Shown one piece after another: positions 62,567 to 64,000 of a stretch of 64,000 nucleotides of DNA (positions are counted from its first letter, which is position 1; each line of letters opens with the position of its first letter). Below the pieces are notes generated by a model. The model did no database searches, had not been told where the DNA came from, and saw only the letters and a list, made by a program, of their open reading frames with translations. A program made the position numbers and the translations under genes. This stretch comes from Okamejei kenojei (lineage: Eukaryota): positions 35,154,001-35,218,000 of the forward strand of contig CM069159.1 of the NCBI GenBank assembly GCA_035221665.1, read 5' to 3'.

Positions 62567-64000
62567 AACAACTGAACTGTTTAACTCTGTTTTACTTTCA
62601 ATAATGACACATTTAATTTGACACACCATTTATTCTCCATCCCTCATAGAGTCGTACAGTGTGGAAATGGGCCCTTCAACCCAACTTGCCCACACCGGCC
62701 AACATGTCCCAACTACACTAGTCCCAGTTGCCTGCATTTGGTCCATATCCCCCCAAAACTGTCCTATCCACCATGGCCCCAAGAAAAGGAAAAACATGAA
62801 ACAGGTTGGTGGGAAGGGAATCAAACATAGGTCTGACTGTGCTCGGATGATGGGTTTTCTTCCCTGGGCAATATTAGCGAACATGTTTGTTTTTGCAATA
62901 ATGTCGTGAAGGTATTGTCATCACAGATGGATTTAAATTGGAATCCAATTTTAAAATGTCATAGTGAAACTTGAAGTCCCTGCATTATTAGTCTAGGTGA
63001 TAATATTATGAATCTAAAAATTGAATCACTATCTATGCCTTCATATTAAAACTGCATTTTAAAATGTCTTTCTGCATCTCTATCCTTTTCCAGTCTCTAG
63101 GCTTTTTAAATGCGCTTGATTGTCATCTGGCTTCTACAGTTCTTCTTTGACTCATGCTTTTCTCTCTCACTCTTATCTGGGTTCCTCTTTACTGATGATG
63201 CAGAATGGATGTTTCCACTAAAACCGATGTTCCAAGGCACGGGAGATCTGTCCACACATGCCAGACTAGTGTAGCCCAAGGTGCGGGACTATGCACTGTG
63301 TGACGCATTGAAGCTTGATGAATCCATTGTAATGGCTCCATGAGGATAGGCTTAAGGATTAGAACATTTCCATCATTGAAAACCAAAGGACAGGAGCTTA
63401 TGTAAGAACCTCTTTGACGTATTACTAGTGAATTGTATGTGAAAGGACTGCTCTAAACACAGTGATTAACATTTATATGGGTTGCATATTTTTGTTGTAT
63501 TTTTACCCGCAAAATGTATACAATTTGCAACATACTCTACATTCATATGTAAACATTCACAATACAAGACGTATTCTATTTCCTTATAAGATTTACAGTT
63601 TATCATTGGGACATTCATTTTTCTTTCACCTACATTCCATGTGTGTACGTCTGAGAGGTTCTTGAACATGGGCTTGCACAGCTCCTCAGTTTTCAATGAC
63701 AGAAAAGTGCTAAGCCTTAAACTTTTCATTGTGAATCCTTTGCAAAGACTGTACCCAAACTTCAGTGCGTCCCTCGTCACATTGGACTAGACTTCTCCGC
63801 AACATTTGGCCGCAGACAGCTGCCTGCCTTGAAACACCACTAGGTTTCAGACAGTAAGATGCACCATTTACCAAGTTGATTAACTTTCTTGCAGCTATTG
63901 AACCTACTTGAGTCCGTGTCCGCAGGAACAGTCTATAGAGCACAAACTCTCACGTGATGGAGCTGGGTGGGATGAACCTTGACAAAGACCACTAAATCCC

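Larger units (their letters stand above)
50110..64000 (+). ncRNA. Inferred pri-miRNA host lncRNA (MIR100HG-like); boundaries unknown
   Basis: Inferred from the co-oriented miR-100 and let-7a hairpins; no transcript data. Confidence 0.45.

Noticed and set aside
1-64000. CRISPR array or prokaryotic/viral system suggested by recurring short repeats
   Set aside because: Repeats are dispersed retroelement tails with TSDs in vertebrate DNA; there is no regular repeat-spacer period and no gene-dense segment.

Overview
Eukaryotic genomic DNA. Its repeats (CR1/HER1 LINE tails, HE1-type V-SINEs, Deu-domain SINEs, Rex1/Babar, Penelope) point to a cartilaginous fish, probably a skate or ray (inference). 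No host protein-coding exon could be supported. The functional core is a + strand microRNA cluster: a miR-100 hairpin (mature 53875-53896) and a let-7a hairpin of the let-7a-2 type (mature 55176-55197). The window is therefore probably the 5' part of a MIR100HG-like host locus; miR-125 was not found in it. The miRNAs sit in a TE-poor, CpG- and microsatellite-rich block (~47-55.7 kb) with candidate promoter, enhancer and splice signals. Further TE-free, conserved-looking blocks lie at ~3.6-4.8, 22.2-22.6, 33.0 and 34.8-35.3 kb. The rest is a mosaic of retroelement relics. The most unusual signal is a family of roughly 20 short Penelope-derived insertions, most carrying a minimal hammerhead-ribozyme-like core (CTGAAGA-AGGGT[C/T]TCGACCC-GAAACGT[C/T]). 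Many have 9-18 bp target-site duplications, and several are fold-back palindromes that turn around at the ribozyme. TE boundaries were read by eye and are approximate.
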